DNA of 64,000 nt from an uncultured Spirochaetota bacterium. Lineage in GTDB: Bacteria > Spirochaetota > Brevinematia > Brevinematales > JAOACQ01. The translations under genes and the position numbers were made by a program. This document shows positions 43,271 to 53,796 of the stretch, piece after piece (position 1 is the first letter of the stretch; every line of letters begins with the position of its first letter). Location of the stretch: NCBI GenBank assembly GCA_963783575.1, contig CAWAOD010000015.1:174236-238235 (forward strand), given 5' to 3'. The notes under the pieces are model-generated. The model worked only from the letters and a program-made list of their open reading frames with translations, did no database searches and was not told where the DNA came from.

Positions 43271-44433
43271 AAATTTTATTGGGAATAACAGGCGGTATTT
43301 CCCTGTACAAATCATTGAATGTCACCCGTTTACTTGTAAAATCCGGGCATGAAATTCGTGCTGTAATGACTGAAAATGCGGCAGGAATGATCGATCCGAT
43401 TCTATTTAAAACCCTTTCCGGCGGGGAAGCATATGTTAAGGATTTTGATTTCAGAGAACCTTTAGCTCATATCCGTTTAAGCGACTGGGCGGATGTTATG
43501 GCTATTGTCCCGGCAACAGCAAACACGATCGCAAAAATCGCAGGAGGCATTGCCGATAATCTTTTAACCTCAACGGCCCTGGCTTTTAACAAAAAAATGT
43601 ATGTCTTTCCTGCCATGAATGTGAAGATGTATGAAAACCCGGTAACACAGGAAAACCTGGATAAACTACGTTCCAGAAAAATAGAAGTTATCGAACCTTT
43701 CTGCGGAGACCTTGCCTGCGGCTATTCCGGAATGGGAAAGCTTCCTGACGAAGATTTCATATTCGGGTATATCACCCGGGATGCCGATGAACCGCTTAAG
43801 GGGAAGAGTTTTATTGTAACTGCCGGAGGAACAATTGAAAAAATCGATCCGGTCAGGTACATATCCAATTTTTCATCCGGCAGGATGGGAATTGAAATCG
43901 CGAAAACTTTATTCAGAAAAGGCGCCGGGGTTCTTTTAATATATGGAAATATTTCTATTACCTTACCATCCTACATCCGCTCAATAAAGATTCAATCAGC
44001 CATGGATTTACTTGAGGCTTTAAGAAAAAATTTGGCTTCATATGACGGACTTTACATGGCCGCCGCTCCTGCAGATTTCAGGACGGATAGTATGTCAGAA
44101 AGTAAGATCAAAAAGTCCGCTGAGCTGAATCTTCACCTGGTAAAAAACCCGGACATCTTAAAAACTGTATCCAAGGAACTTAAAGGGAAGCTGCTTGTAG
44201 GGTTTGCGCTTGAAACGGAAAACCCTGTCGATTCCGCGGCCGCAAAACTTAAAGAAAAAAACCTTGATTTTATAGCACTGAATATCATAAAGGACGATTT
44301 TAACCCGCTTGGGAGCGATTTCAATAATATAACATTGATATCCAGGGACGGTACTATTAAAGAATTCGGTGAAAAAACCAAGAACGAGACAGCCGGTCTT
44401 CTGGTTGAGGAAACATTAGCGGGGCTGAAATGA
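43267..44433 (+). CDS. coaBC: phosphopantothenoylcysteine decarboxylase/ligase
   Basis: ILLGITGGI, PATANTIAK, PAMNVKM, IDPVRYISNFSSGRMG and VGFALET motifs. Confidence 0.95.
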   Translation: MKILLGITGGISLYKSLNVTRLLVKSGHEIRAVMTENAAGMIDPILFKTLSGGEAYVKDFDFREPLAHIRLSDWADVMAIVPATANTIAKIAGGIADNLLTSTALAFNKKMYVFPAMNVKMYENPVTQENLDKLRSRKIEVIEPFCGDLACGYSGMGKLPDEDFIFGYITRDADEPLKGKSFIVTAGGTIEKIDPVRYISNFSSGRMGIEIAKTLFRKGAGVLLIYGNISITLPSYIRSIKIQSAMDLLEALRKNLASYDGLYMAAAPADFRTDSMSESKIKKSAELNLHLVKNPDILKTVSKELKGKLLVGFALETENPVDSAAAKLKEKNLDFIALNIIKDDFNPLGSDFNNITLISRDGTIKEFGEKTKNETAGLLVEETLAGLK

Positions 44434-44930
44434 CTGTGCTTGGCATCGACCCTGGTCTTGAAAGGCTGGGATATTCTATCCTGGAATTTACAAACAGCGC
44501 CATTCTCCCACTTTCTTACGGTTTGATCTCAACGGATAAAGATACGGAAAAATCCCGGAGGCTTTTTCAGATATACAGCGATCTGACATCATTAATAGAG
44601 AAGCATCGTCCGGATTATATCTCTGTCGAAACGCTGATTTTTGCAAAAAATGTCAAAACAGCCCTTATTATTAGTGAAGTCAGGGGCATCATACTTTTGC
44701 TCGGGGCTCAGCATAACCTGGCTATTTACGAATTTACACCGCTTGAAGTTAAAATGTCCCTGACCGGTTACGGCCGTTCATCAAAATCGCAAATTCAAAG
44801 CGCGGTAAAGCTCATCCTTAATCTACCCGAAATCCCAAAACCCGATGATATTTCTGATTCAATCGCCATAGCTATCTGCGGAGGCAATACTATAAACTTT
44901 AGAAATAAGCTTAAACAGCCGTCTAAATAA
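44430..44930 (+). CDS. ruvC: crossover junction endodeoxyribonuclease
   Basis: LGIDPG, VETLIF, EFTPLEVK and PDDISDSIAIAIC motifs. Confidence 0.95.
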   Translation: MTVLGIDPGLERLGYSILEFTNSAILPLSYGLISTDKDTEKSRRLFQIYSDLTSLIEKHRPDYISVETLIFAKNVKTALIISEVRGIILLLGAQHNLAIYEFTPLEVKMSLTGYGRSSKSQIQSAVKLILNLPEIPKPDDISDSIAIAICGGNTINFRNKLKQPSK

Positions 44931-44955
44931 ATTCTTACGCAAAATACAGGAGCAT

Positions 44956-46160
44956 TTGATGTTATTACCGAAAATAACAAACCCGGCTCATAAGAAATTA
45001 TATCTTGCCCTGCTTTTTAATTTTCTTCTTTTCGGTACCACGATGACAGTTGTCGGCGCGACAGTCCCGCAAATAATCCGTTCATACCAGTGGAAATATA
45101 CAACTATGGGAATTCTCCTGGCCTCCGGTTCAATAGGCTATTTTATCTCCGCATTAATCGGCGGGTTTTTGATAAAAAAACTTGGGCCGAAAACAATTCT
45201 TTTGACAGGCCTTATCCTGGAGTTTTTAAGCCTGTTTTTCTTTATGAGAACACCCGGTTTATTGATTAATTTTATATTGTTCTTTTTAATCGGCATAGGT
45301 CAGGGCTGCGCGGAAATTGTGACAAATTATCAGGTTATACTAATGGAAGACAGGGGCAACGAGGGAAGACTGATGAGCCTTATGCATTCCGCCTTCTGCC
45401 TTGGCGCGATTCTGGCTCCGTTTGCCGTCGGAATCGTAGAAAAATTCTCAATTAGATGGATGGTAATATTCACCGCTGCCGGAATTTTAATATTTCTGGT
45501 AACGATTTTATTCACCTTCCTGCCGTTTATAAAATCTTCCGAAAAATCTATTGGGCAAAATCATAATAAAAAAACAAGCCTATTCAGTCCACTGCTTTTT
45601 ATTTTATTCATAACAATACTCTTATATGTAGGTATTGAATTAGGCGTTTCCAACTGGATATCGGAATATTTTGTCAGTATAATCAAGACACCTGTCCAAA
45701 CCGGGGCCTTTATGGTTTCCGTTTTATGGCTGGGAATTTTCGCCGGAAGGGTTCTGATATCGACTTCTTACCGGGGAAAAAGGCAGGAATGGCTTTTAAC
45801 CTGTCTGATTCTATTTTCCTGTTTTTCTCTGGTTTTTCTTTTATTATCCAGGTATGAACTTCTATCTATAATTGCCGTATTTTTAATCGGCACAGGATAT
45901 TCCGGTATATACCCAATAATTACCTCTCTTGTAGGAAGACACTACAGAAGCCCGGAAGCGGTTGGTATACTCGCAACAGGAGGCGGATTGGCTCATTTTC
46001 ATTTCCATTCATTATCGCTTACATTGGGGACAAGGTTGGTTTAAGGGGCGGCTTTATTTTTACTTTGATCGTCGATTGCATAATTTTGTTATTATCAATA
46101 ATTGTAATTTTAATTATCCGGGGAAAAATTGATTTATCTGAGGGTGATAATGAAGTTTAG
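44956..46160 (+). CDS. MFS transporter (FucP/TsgA-like), frameshifted near 45986
   Basis: Multi-TM pattern and LYVGIELGVSNW; the last two helices continue in another frame to TAG at 46158-46160. Confidence 0.85.
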
Positions 46161-46256
46161 TCAATTTTAAGGGATTTCAGATTCCACCTGTAACTCAGAG
46201 ATTATCATAAATTTGATTTATATATTGGTTATAATTAATATATTTAGAACCTAATA

Positions 46257-48458
46257 ATGGCAGCAAATCAGCAATTAAAAATCAACAGAAATCATAGAAT
46301 AAAAATTACTGTTATTTCAACAATTAAAAAGATTAATAACAAATTCAATTGTCATCAGGCTATTATGAATAAAATAACCGGACCTTTCTTATTATTAATC
46401 TTTTTAACTTTATTATCTGGCTGTATCAATCCACAATTCAAAAAAAATATGCCCCTTGCCATTAATGGTGTCATCGACTGCAGCAAATGGAATTTTCAAA
46501 ATGACGGCCCGGTTGAACTATCAGGGCAATGGGAGTTTTACTGGAATCAGCTGCTTTCTCCTGAATCGATCTCAACAAACTCTGTCATAAATAAATCATA
46601 TATCCGGGTTCCGGCTTCCTGGAATTCTCAATATCTCCATGGAACAAAACTCCCCGTATTCGGTTGCGCCACTTACAGGTTAACAGTTAAGCTGCCCGGG
46701 AATTTTACAAATAGTATCGGTATTAAAACAGAGGACATCAATACAGCCTATAATATTTTTATTAATAAAATTTTTATAGGTTCAAAAGGGAAAGCAGGAA
46801 TAGATAAAGAATCTTCAATAATGGGTTTTAAGCCAAAATTATACCGGATTGAATATACAAACGGTGTACTGGAGATTGTCCTTCAGGATTCAAATTTCTT
46901 TGACAGATTAAGCGGTATAAATAACAAGATTTTACTGGGAGATTATGAAACCCTGCATTGGTCCTGGATAAAAACAATCCTTTTCGATTTCTTTATGTTA
47001 GGAAGTCTGACAGTTATGGGATTATATTACCTGGGCCTGTTTATTACAAGAAAATTCAAGGAAAAATCGCTTTTCTTATTTGGGTTATTCTGCCTGTTAA
47101 TAGGATTCCGCTCGATCATTGCAGGGGAGAGGATTCTTGTCGATTTTATACGGCAAATGCCCGCCAGCGTTTACTTTAGGCTGGAACTTTTGACAATATA
47201 TCTAGGATTCCCTGTTTATATTATGTTTATAAGATCTATCTTTTTTCAAGAATTTTCTGCTAATATTTTCCTTATATTTCAGACAATTGCGGCTATTTTT
47301 ATTATCATAATGGCATGCCCGATACAGATTTATTCATATTCCCTGCCGATTTATCATATTTTCATTATTATCGGGGCAATCTATGTTTTTTATATAATTC
47401 TATTAGCTGTAAAAATGAAACGTGAAGGTTCCATAATCATTTTATCAGGAACAATTATTTTGTTTCTCTTCGTACTGAATGACATCTTATATGCCAATAA
47501 GATAATCGATTCCATTCTTGTGACTCAATATGGGCTTCTGATTTATGTTTTCCTGATGTCATTTTTACTGAATGTACGTTTTTCAAGAGCCTTTACCGCT
47601 GTTGAAAATCTTTCCCGGAGCCTGAAGGACTATACAGAAAATCTGGAAGAAAAGGTCCTTGAAAGAACAAGCGAACTCGATGAAGAAAAGAATAAACTGC
47701 TTCAACAAAACCAGCTAATGCTTGATGAACTTGAACTCGCCAGGGTCATTCAATACCAGTTCATACCTAAAAAAAGCCCCGGTCCAAATATCGGGTATTT
47801 TTATAAGCCCATGCATCAGATCGGCGGTGATTTTTACGATTTTATACAATTACCGAACAGCGAAAAACTTGGTATTTTTATGAGTGATGTATCTGGACAT
47901 GGCGTTCCTGCCGCTCTGATTACCTCAATGCTTAAAAGCTTCATTTTACAGGCCGGTGATAAATTGGAAGATCCTGCGGATCTTTTATTCTATTTAAATG
48001 AAATGCTTTTAAACCAGACAGCCGGGAATTTTATAACAGCATTTTACTGCATTTATAATAAGGCAAAAAATAATCTGTTTTACGCAAATGCGGGGCATTA
48101 TTCTCCCTATATGATTGAGAAAGAAAATATTAATTCCCTAAGCGCAGCTAACAGGGGTATTCCACTGGGTATTATGAATAACGAAGAGCTTAATAAACAA
48201 AATAAATTATACCGGAATGTACAAATATCAATTCAGAAGGGAAATAAACTTATATTTTTCACCGACGGATTAACTGAAACTATGAATATCCTTAATCCCG
48301 AATTAAATTTTGAGGAAGAAAAGCTGAGAAATATCTTACTGGCTTATAAAGACTTTAGTCCCCAAAATTTTGTCAACAGGATTTACAGTGATCTGGTAAA
48401 ATTCCATGGAAGCGATAGTTTTAATGACGACGTCTGTATTATCTGCCTTGAAACCTGA
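46257..48458 (+). CDS. 7TM-DISM sensor with a SpoIIE/PP2C phosphatase domain
   Basis: LSGQWEFYW extracellular domain, TM block, GGDFYD, DVSGHG, FTDGL and DDVCI motifs. Confidence 0.9.
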   Translation: MAANQQLKINRNHRIKITVISTIKKINNKFNCHQAIMNKITGPFLLLIFLTLLSGCINPQFKKNMPLAINGVIDCSKWNFQNDGPVELSGQWEFYWNQLLSPESISTNSVINKSYIRVPASWNSQYLHGTKLPVFGCATYRLTVKLPGNFTNSIGIKTEDINTAYNIFINKIFIGSKGKAGIDKESSIMGFKPKLYRIEYTNGVLEIVLQDSNFFDRLSGINNKILLGDYETLHWSWIKTILFDFFMLGSLTVMGLYYLGLFITRKFKEKSLFLFGLFCLLIGFRSIIAGERILVDFIRQMPASVYFRLELLTIYLGFPVYIMFIRSIFFQEFSANIFLIFQTIAAIFIIIMACPIQIYSYSLPIYHIFIIIGAIYVFYIILLAVKMKREGSIIILSGTIILFLFVLNDILYANKIIDSILVTQYGLLIYVFLMSFLLNVRFSRAFTAVENLSRSLKDYTENLEEKVLERTSELDEEKNKLLQQNQLMLDELELARVIQYQFIPKKSPGPNIGYFYKPMHQIGGDFYDFIQLPNSEKLGIFMSDVSGHGVPAALITSMLKSFILQAGDKLEDPADLLFYLNEMLLNQTAGNFITAFYCIYNKAKNNLFYANAGHYSPYMIEKENINSLSAANRGIPLGIMNNEELNKQNKLYRNVQISIQKGNKLIFFTDGLTETMNILNPELNFEEEKLRNILLAYKDFSPQNFVNRIYSDLVKFHGSDSFNDDVCIICLET

Positions 48459-48606
48459 GTATCCATTTTTATCAAATAATTTAATTTTGACAAAAACCTG
48501 TATCTATATTAGTATATTTGTCTTGTAATTTATTGTTTCCCTTACAATATCGTTTTCAGCACTTGTATAATAATTATCAAGTAATATTATAAACATAGGT
48601 TATCCA

Positions 48607-48691
48607 GGAGGAGTGTCCGAGTGGTCGATGGAGGCAGTCTTGAAAACTGTTGTACCGCAAGGTACCGGGGGTTCGAATCCCTCCTCCTCCG
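48607..48691 (+). tRNA. tRNA-Ser (anticodon UGA), CCA not encoded
   Basis: GGAGGAG/CTCCTCC acceptor stem, anticodon arm GCAGT-CTTGAAA-ACTGT, long variable arm, GGTTCGAATCC, discriminator G. Confidence 0.95.
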
Positions 48692-48797
48692 AAAATTTAT
48701 AATCTAATTTATATTCAAAGTCCACACATATAACCCCAAAATTCTTAAAGAAACAGAGTAAGGGATTCGTATGCCATCGCAGATGGCACGGATCACT
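48680..48797 (+). repeat. tRNA 3' end plus ~110 bp trailer, repeated (diverged) at 51685-51813
   Basis: Shared ATAATCTAAT, TCCACA.ATATAACCC, AAAATTCTTA.AGAAACA.AGTAAGGGATTCG and CGGATCAC blocks; CCTCCTCCTCCGAA recurs at 51800-51813. Confidence 0.85.
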
Positions 48798-48855
48798 TCC
48801 AGATAAACACAGATTCGCCAGATAAATGTAAAGATTTAATCGGCAAAGAATCATT

Positions 48856-50553
48856 TCACATTTTCACCCAAGCCAAGACTCCCATTAAAGGTATAACCCA
48901 TTCTTTTTTTTCTGTATCGTAAAGCGGAACACTTTTGATAATGCCCCAATAACACCATGGAATATTATGATCTTCAAGTTCCTGGCGGACATATGCCGTC
49001 CAGTTGCTCCTGGAGGTCATATTCGCGGCATCATGACAGCAAAATTCCCCCATCCATAAGGGGCGGCAGTTCATTTGCCCCCAGTAATATACTGAAGCCA
49101 GAACATCATGCGTGGCTTTTACGCCTGCCGGATTTAAAAGCGGGTCTTTGACATTATTGTAACTGTCGATCCAGTTGGAAGCCCACTCAGGGATTCCTTC
49201 GGCGGGAATGACGGGATTTATTGAAGGTCCCGGCCAAACGATGTTGGATGTCCTCGTAACCGGGAAAAGATATTCGGCCCCCTGGAAGCAAAATAAAAAT
49301 GGGTAATAAAAATGGAAGGTAACTATGCAGTTTGTTTCTTCATCCGGGATCTTCAGCCCGTATAAACCATCGGGATTGGCCCAATCGGCGGCCGAAACGA
49401 TAATAGTATGGGTCCCGTCAATTTTTCTGATTTCCCTGATAGCGTCGGAGACGATCTTATTCCATATAATTACGGTCAGTTTGTCGTTCGGTTCGTTAAG
49501 AAGCTCATAATAAAGGGTATCGGGATAATTTTTATAGTGCCTTGCAATCTGTTTCCATATCTTAATAAAACGGTTTGAATTTTCGACAGGGTGTTTGTTT
49601 ATTTCTGTATAATCCTGCATATCGATGACTACCCGGAGCTTTCGTTCCAGCATCCAACCGATGACCTCATCCACCCTGTTTAAAAAACGGATGTTTATTT
49701 CAAAAGGGCTGATATATGACGCGTGAACTGGCCAGCATATCGGTATGCGCACGGTCTCGAAACCTCCGTTAGTGATCAGGTCGGCATGCCATTCCTGAAT
49801 CTTATATCCTCCGGTCCATGATCCTTCGTCCGGTTCGGCGTTAAGAAATGTCCCCAGAGTAGTCCCTCGATCGAGCGCTTTTGCCTGATTGTAAGAATAT
49901 GCATACTTCGTATTGATGCATATGCTGTTGTCGAAATTGACAGGAGTTTTCTCATTATCAATGAAATATTTATAAACAATCGGCATGGCACTTTGGATTT
50001 CAAGATTGTTAGTATTTTTATCGAATTCAGTTTCGATGAATTTGAAGTCTTCCTTCACTATTTCGCTTTTACTAAAAAAGCTTGGAAAATTCATATAAAA
50101 AGAGCCTCTCATATAACGGATTCTCCATTCGTAAGTTTTTCCTGCAGCTAAAAAAACGGCCCTGTCACAATTATCACAAGCTTTATTGATCTCGGTATAT
50201 TTTTTAAATACATCAAAGTCAGGTGTATCCCTGGCAACGAAGGCATGTCCTAGTCCGTTATAAATAAGCGCAAGAGGATTTCCGGGTACTTTTGCAAGGA
50301 ATTTATCAGTGTAATAAATAATGTTAGAAGTGGATGACATATTGCAATAAAGTATGCCAAGCGCCAGGTATGAATAATAATCCGTATCATCTGTTTTTAA
50401 TTTCGCCTCGTATTCGGCGATCTTCCGGGGTATAGTCGTTTTATCGTTAGAAATACTGAGTAAATAACAATCGTCAAAAGTTGTGGAAAATAATTTTCCC
50501 GAATAAATAAATAAAAATACCAGGGCGGAAATTACTATTTTTTTCATAATCAT
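48856..50553 (-). CDS. secreted glycoside hydrolase family 5 with an N-terminal TPR-like domain
   Basis: VRIPICW, ELLNEP (acid/base), TFHFY and WMGEF (nucleophile) motifs. Confidence 0.88.
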   Translation of the reverse strand: MIMKKIVISALVFLFIYSGKLFSTTFDDCYLLSISNDKTTIPRKIAEYEAKLKTDDTDYYSYLALGILYCNMSSTSNIIYYTDKFLAKVPGNPLALIYNGLGHAFVARDTPDFDVFKKYTEINKACDNCDRAVFLAAGKTYEWRIRYMRGSFYMNFPSFFSKSEIVKEDFKFIETEFDKNTNNLEIQSAMPIVYKYFIDNEKTPVNFDNSICINTKYAYSYNQAKALDRGTTLGTFLNAEPDEGSWTGGYKIQEWHADLITNGGFETVRIPICWPVHASYISPFEINIRFLNRVDEVIGWMLERKLRVVIDMQDYTEINKHPVENSNRFIKIWKQIARHYKNYPDTLYYELLNEPNDKLTVIIWNKIVSDAIREIRKIDGTHTIIVSAADWANPDGLYGLKIPDEETNCIVTFHFYYPFLFCFQGAEYLFPVTRTSNIVWPGPSINPVIPAEGIPEWASNWIDSYNNVKDPLLNPAGVKATHDVLASVYYWGQMNCRPLWMGEFCCHDAANMTSRSNWTAYVRQELEDHNIPWCYWGIIKSVPLYDTEKKEWVIPLMGVLAWVKM

Positions 50554-50605
50554 CTACTCCTTACGAATCATTAACATTTAATTTTATTGTTAAAAGCTTT
50601 TTGTC

Positions 50606-50917
50606 TTATCTATTATCCTGCTGAATATTCAGCAGTTTACCCAGATTATCCACGTACAGTTTCAATCTTTGGCGGCCCAGATCGGTCAGGGAATAATATG
50701 TGACCGGTTTACGATCGACAAACATTTTTTTTACGTTTATATATCCCTCATCTTCGAGCCTTTTCATGTGCGTCTTCATATTTCCATCCGTTACGCCCAC
50801 AGTGTCCCTGATATAGGTAAATCCGGCCTCTTCGACGCCGGAAAGCAGGGACACTACAGCAAGGCGCATACGGGAATGAAGGACAGGATCAATCTGCCGG
50901 TAATCGAAATCCGTCAT
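50606..50917 (-). CDS. winged-helix transcriptional regulator (HTH_34-like)
   Basis: IDPVLHSRMRLAVVSLL..TDGN...H...LEDEGY..K.F..RKP.T. Confidence 0.88.
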   Translation of the reverse strand: MTDFDYRQIDPVLHSRMRLAVVSLLSGVEEAGFTYIRDTVGVTDGNMKTHMKRLEDEGYINVKKMFVDRKPVTYYSLTDLGRQRLKLYVDNLGKLLNIQQDNR

Positions 50918-51499
50918 TTACTTAACCTCATTCCTCTTCCATCGGAAATATATAAATAAACCGGGGATCAATTCCAGCAATGTAAAGGCTATAGATAACG
51001 TCAACAGGGCGAAATCAGCCGTTATAAGTGGGAACAAAAAGGAAAAGGCGAACCATCCTACCGAAATAACGGCGATCCATTTTATTTTTATTATATATCC
51101 GCTGATAAACTTTGCGGAACCCATAACAGCGCAAACAAAAGAAAGAAAAACCGGGATATCGAACTTACCGGAAATTAATAAGGCAAAGAAAGGTACCCCG
51201 ATTACCGCCCCAAGCCCCAGGTTAACGGAACGGTAAACCCTCATCGAAAAGGTCACCGTTTCTCTCCTTTTGTTGTGGTATAAGACTGTCCAGATATAAA
51301 AAGGAACAAGCAGGGCCAGCCATACCCAGTTAATCAGACTATAACTTTTTAGGTATCTTAAAAGATAAGTTAAACCGCTGCCCAGCAGGACAAAAACGCT
51401 CCAGAATATCCTGTAAATGCCGTTGTCGATTACGATGTTTTTAGATTCATCCATCATCCGCCGGATAAGGGCAAGATTTTCCTTTGCTTCGTCGTTCAT
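50918..51499 (-). CDS. hypothetical membrane protein paired with the winged-helix regulator
   Basis: ENLALIRRMM N-terminus, several TM helices, abuts the regulator. Confidence 0.75.
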   Translation of the reverse strand: MNDEAKENLALIRRMMDESKNIVIDNGIYRIFWSVFVLLGSGLTYLLRYLKSYSLINWVWLALLVPFYIWTVLYHNKRRETVTFSMRVYRSVNLGLGAVIGVPFFALLISGKFDIPVFLSFVCAVMGSAKFISGYIIKIKWIAVISVGWFAFSFLFPLITADFALLTLSIAFTLLELIPGLFIYFRWKRNEVK

Positions 51500-51889
51500 G
51501 AAAAACCTCTAACTATTTTTTTAATAGTACTATTATTATATATTAGACCCCAATGATTTGTCAATAGATAGGTTAAATCTAAATTATTTAGAAAAGTGAT
51601 GTTTTATTCTGCCAGTCACGAGCCAGTAAAAATTTTTCTACAACTTGTTATTCTATATTTAGTAGTGAATTAGGTGTATTTGTATTCCCCCTCTGAATAA
51701 AAATAATCTAATCTATTACAGAATCCACATATATAACCCTAAAAATTCTTACAGAAACAAAGTAAGGGATTCGCATATTGTCGAAGACAATACGGATCAC
51801 CTCCTCCTCCGAATAATAATCTTTCAGGAGAAGATTTATACCATAACAACTTGCCTCATAAACGGCGGTTTATTATTATCATGACCAGC

Positions 51890-52130
51890 CTAACGGTATT
51901 TCCCGGGCTTCTTATCATATAGCTTGAGGACGGTTTTAGGGCCATCGTCCAGATAGCTTATCATTACCGCGTCTCCGGCCCTCACTTCCGAAAGTTTTTT
52001 TACTCCCTTGTACTTTGACTTTGAATTCAGCGTAAAAGTCAGGTGGGATTTTCTGTGTTTTATCGTTACGGAAGCCGCTCCGACAGCAGTTACTCTGCCA
52101 TGGACCAGGCTGAGCCGGAACCTCTTTGCC
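51890..52130 (-). pseudogene. 5'-truncated fragment of a small OB-fold/DUF5666-like gene
   Basis: VHGRVTAVGAASVTI...LSEVRAGDAVMISY, with no native start, joined to LRR DNA. Confidence 0.4.
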
Positions 52131-53782
52131 GGTGCAATCATAAAACGCGCCATCTCCTATGCTGGTGGCACCGGTTGGGATGGTGACGTCCGTCAGATTT
52201 AAGCAGTTGTTAAACATGTTACTCTGTATGCTTGTGACTCCGGATGGAATTACAATGCTCTTCAGACCGTAGCATCCTGTAAACGCTCCCTCCCCGATGT
52301 TCGTGATACCGGATGAGAGTGTGATATTTGCCAGATTTCACAATACCAGAATGCTTTCTCCCCGATGCTGACGACGCTGGATGGAACGACTATGCTCGTC
52401 AGACCATAGCATTGGTCGAATGCGCCGGCGCCTATATTGGTGACGCCGGATGGAATTGTGACGTCCGACAGGGAGCTGCACCAGTGGAATGCCATATCCC
52501 CGATATTGGCAACGCTCGAAGGAATCGTAACGCTGGCCAGATTGGTGCATTGATTGAACGCAAAGCCTCCGATGTTCGTGACGCCGGACGGGATCGTAAC
52601 GTCCGTCAGACCGGTGCAGGAGTAGAACGCATAATTCCCGATGCTGGCGGCCCCCGGTTGAATCGTGAGATCTGTCAGGGAGCTGTCCCCCGTAAATGCA
52701 TAATCCCCGATGGCTTTGACGCTTGACGGGATCGTAATGCCCGTCAGGCCCATGCAACCGTAGAAGGCCCCGTTCCCGATATTGGTGACCCCGGATGGGA
52801 TCGTGACACCCGTCAGATTGGTGCAGGAGTTTAATGCATTGTCCCCGATGCTCGTGACCCCGGCCGGGATTGTGATCCCGGCCAGAGAAGTACAGCTATC
52901 GAATGCGCTATCCCCTATGCTGGTGACGCTCGAAGGGATCGTGACGCCCGTTAGGTTGGTGTTGCCGGAGAACACATAATCCCCTATGCTGGTAATGCCG
53001 GACGGAATGGCATAATTTCCGCTTATGTTGCCCGGGCATTGCAGTAAAGCGCCCTGTGTCTTATCGAATAATGAGCCGTTTGCCGAAGAGTAAACCGGCT
53101 TGCCGCTATCCACCTGGATGCCGGCAAGCCCCGTACAGCCATCGAATACATCCATCCCGATGTTGTTGACGCTGGAAGGGATATAGACGCTTGTCAGGCT
53201 GGTTTGGCCGGCGAAGGCGTAATCACCAACGGCGGTGACGCTGTACCCGTCTATCGACGCTGGTATGTATATCATGGCCTTCTGCGAAGCGCTCTCGTTG
53301 TACCATACGTCGGATAATCCGTCAATCGTAATGGTCCCGGAATTCGTTTCGTAGGTAAATATGGACGGCATATATATATTGATTATGACCGTAACGTTTG
53401 TCATCCAGTTGGTCAAATAAATCCAGTTTGTCAAATAGTTCGATAGATAGCTCAAGTTTGTCAGGCAATTGGTCAGGTTATTCCAGTTGGTCAGAATATT
53501 CACCGTATTATTACTGATAACAATAAGGTTTGAAATGTATTGAATCGTCGAATCCGTTATTACATAAAAATTTGTAACCGATGTATAATTTGTCTGGATA
53601 AGAAAATTTGTTTTTATTAAAATATTGGTTATATATATTGCTGTTGTCGAAGAAGAGCTGTTTTGGGAAGAACTGTTCTGTCCCACCTTTTCAGTGACAT
53701 CGTTCGGATTTAAGAAAAGTGCGCATGTTGAGATAAAAACGGAGGAAAATAAAATTATAAAAATAAGATAATATTTTTTCAT
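51936..53782 (-). CDS. BspA-type LRR_5 surface lipoprotein with a TN-repeat N-terminus; frameshift near 52336, C-terminus runs into unrelated sequence
   Basis: Lipobox FISTC; tandem 23-aa repeats such as LTGVTIPSSVTSIGDSAFDSC; one missing A joins it to 51936..52217. Confidence 0.8.
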
Positions 53783-53796
53783 AATAACTCCAGTTT

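Noticed and set aside
48607..48691. tRNA-Sec or suppressor tRNA
   Set aside because: The anticodon is UGA (reads UCA, Ser), not UCA or CUA, and the acceptor stem is a normal 7 bp.
48600..48854. ORF 48600..48854 (-)
   Set aside because: Antisense reading of tRNA-Ser and its trailer.
52130..53000. Periodic 69-bp repeats as a possible CRISPR array or DGR repeat
   Set aside because: They are the degenerate 23-aa coding repeats of a BspA LRR, with no unique spacers and no cas or reverse transcriptase gene in the window.
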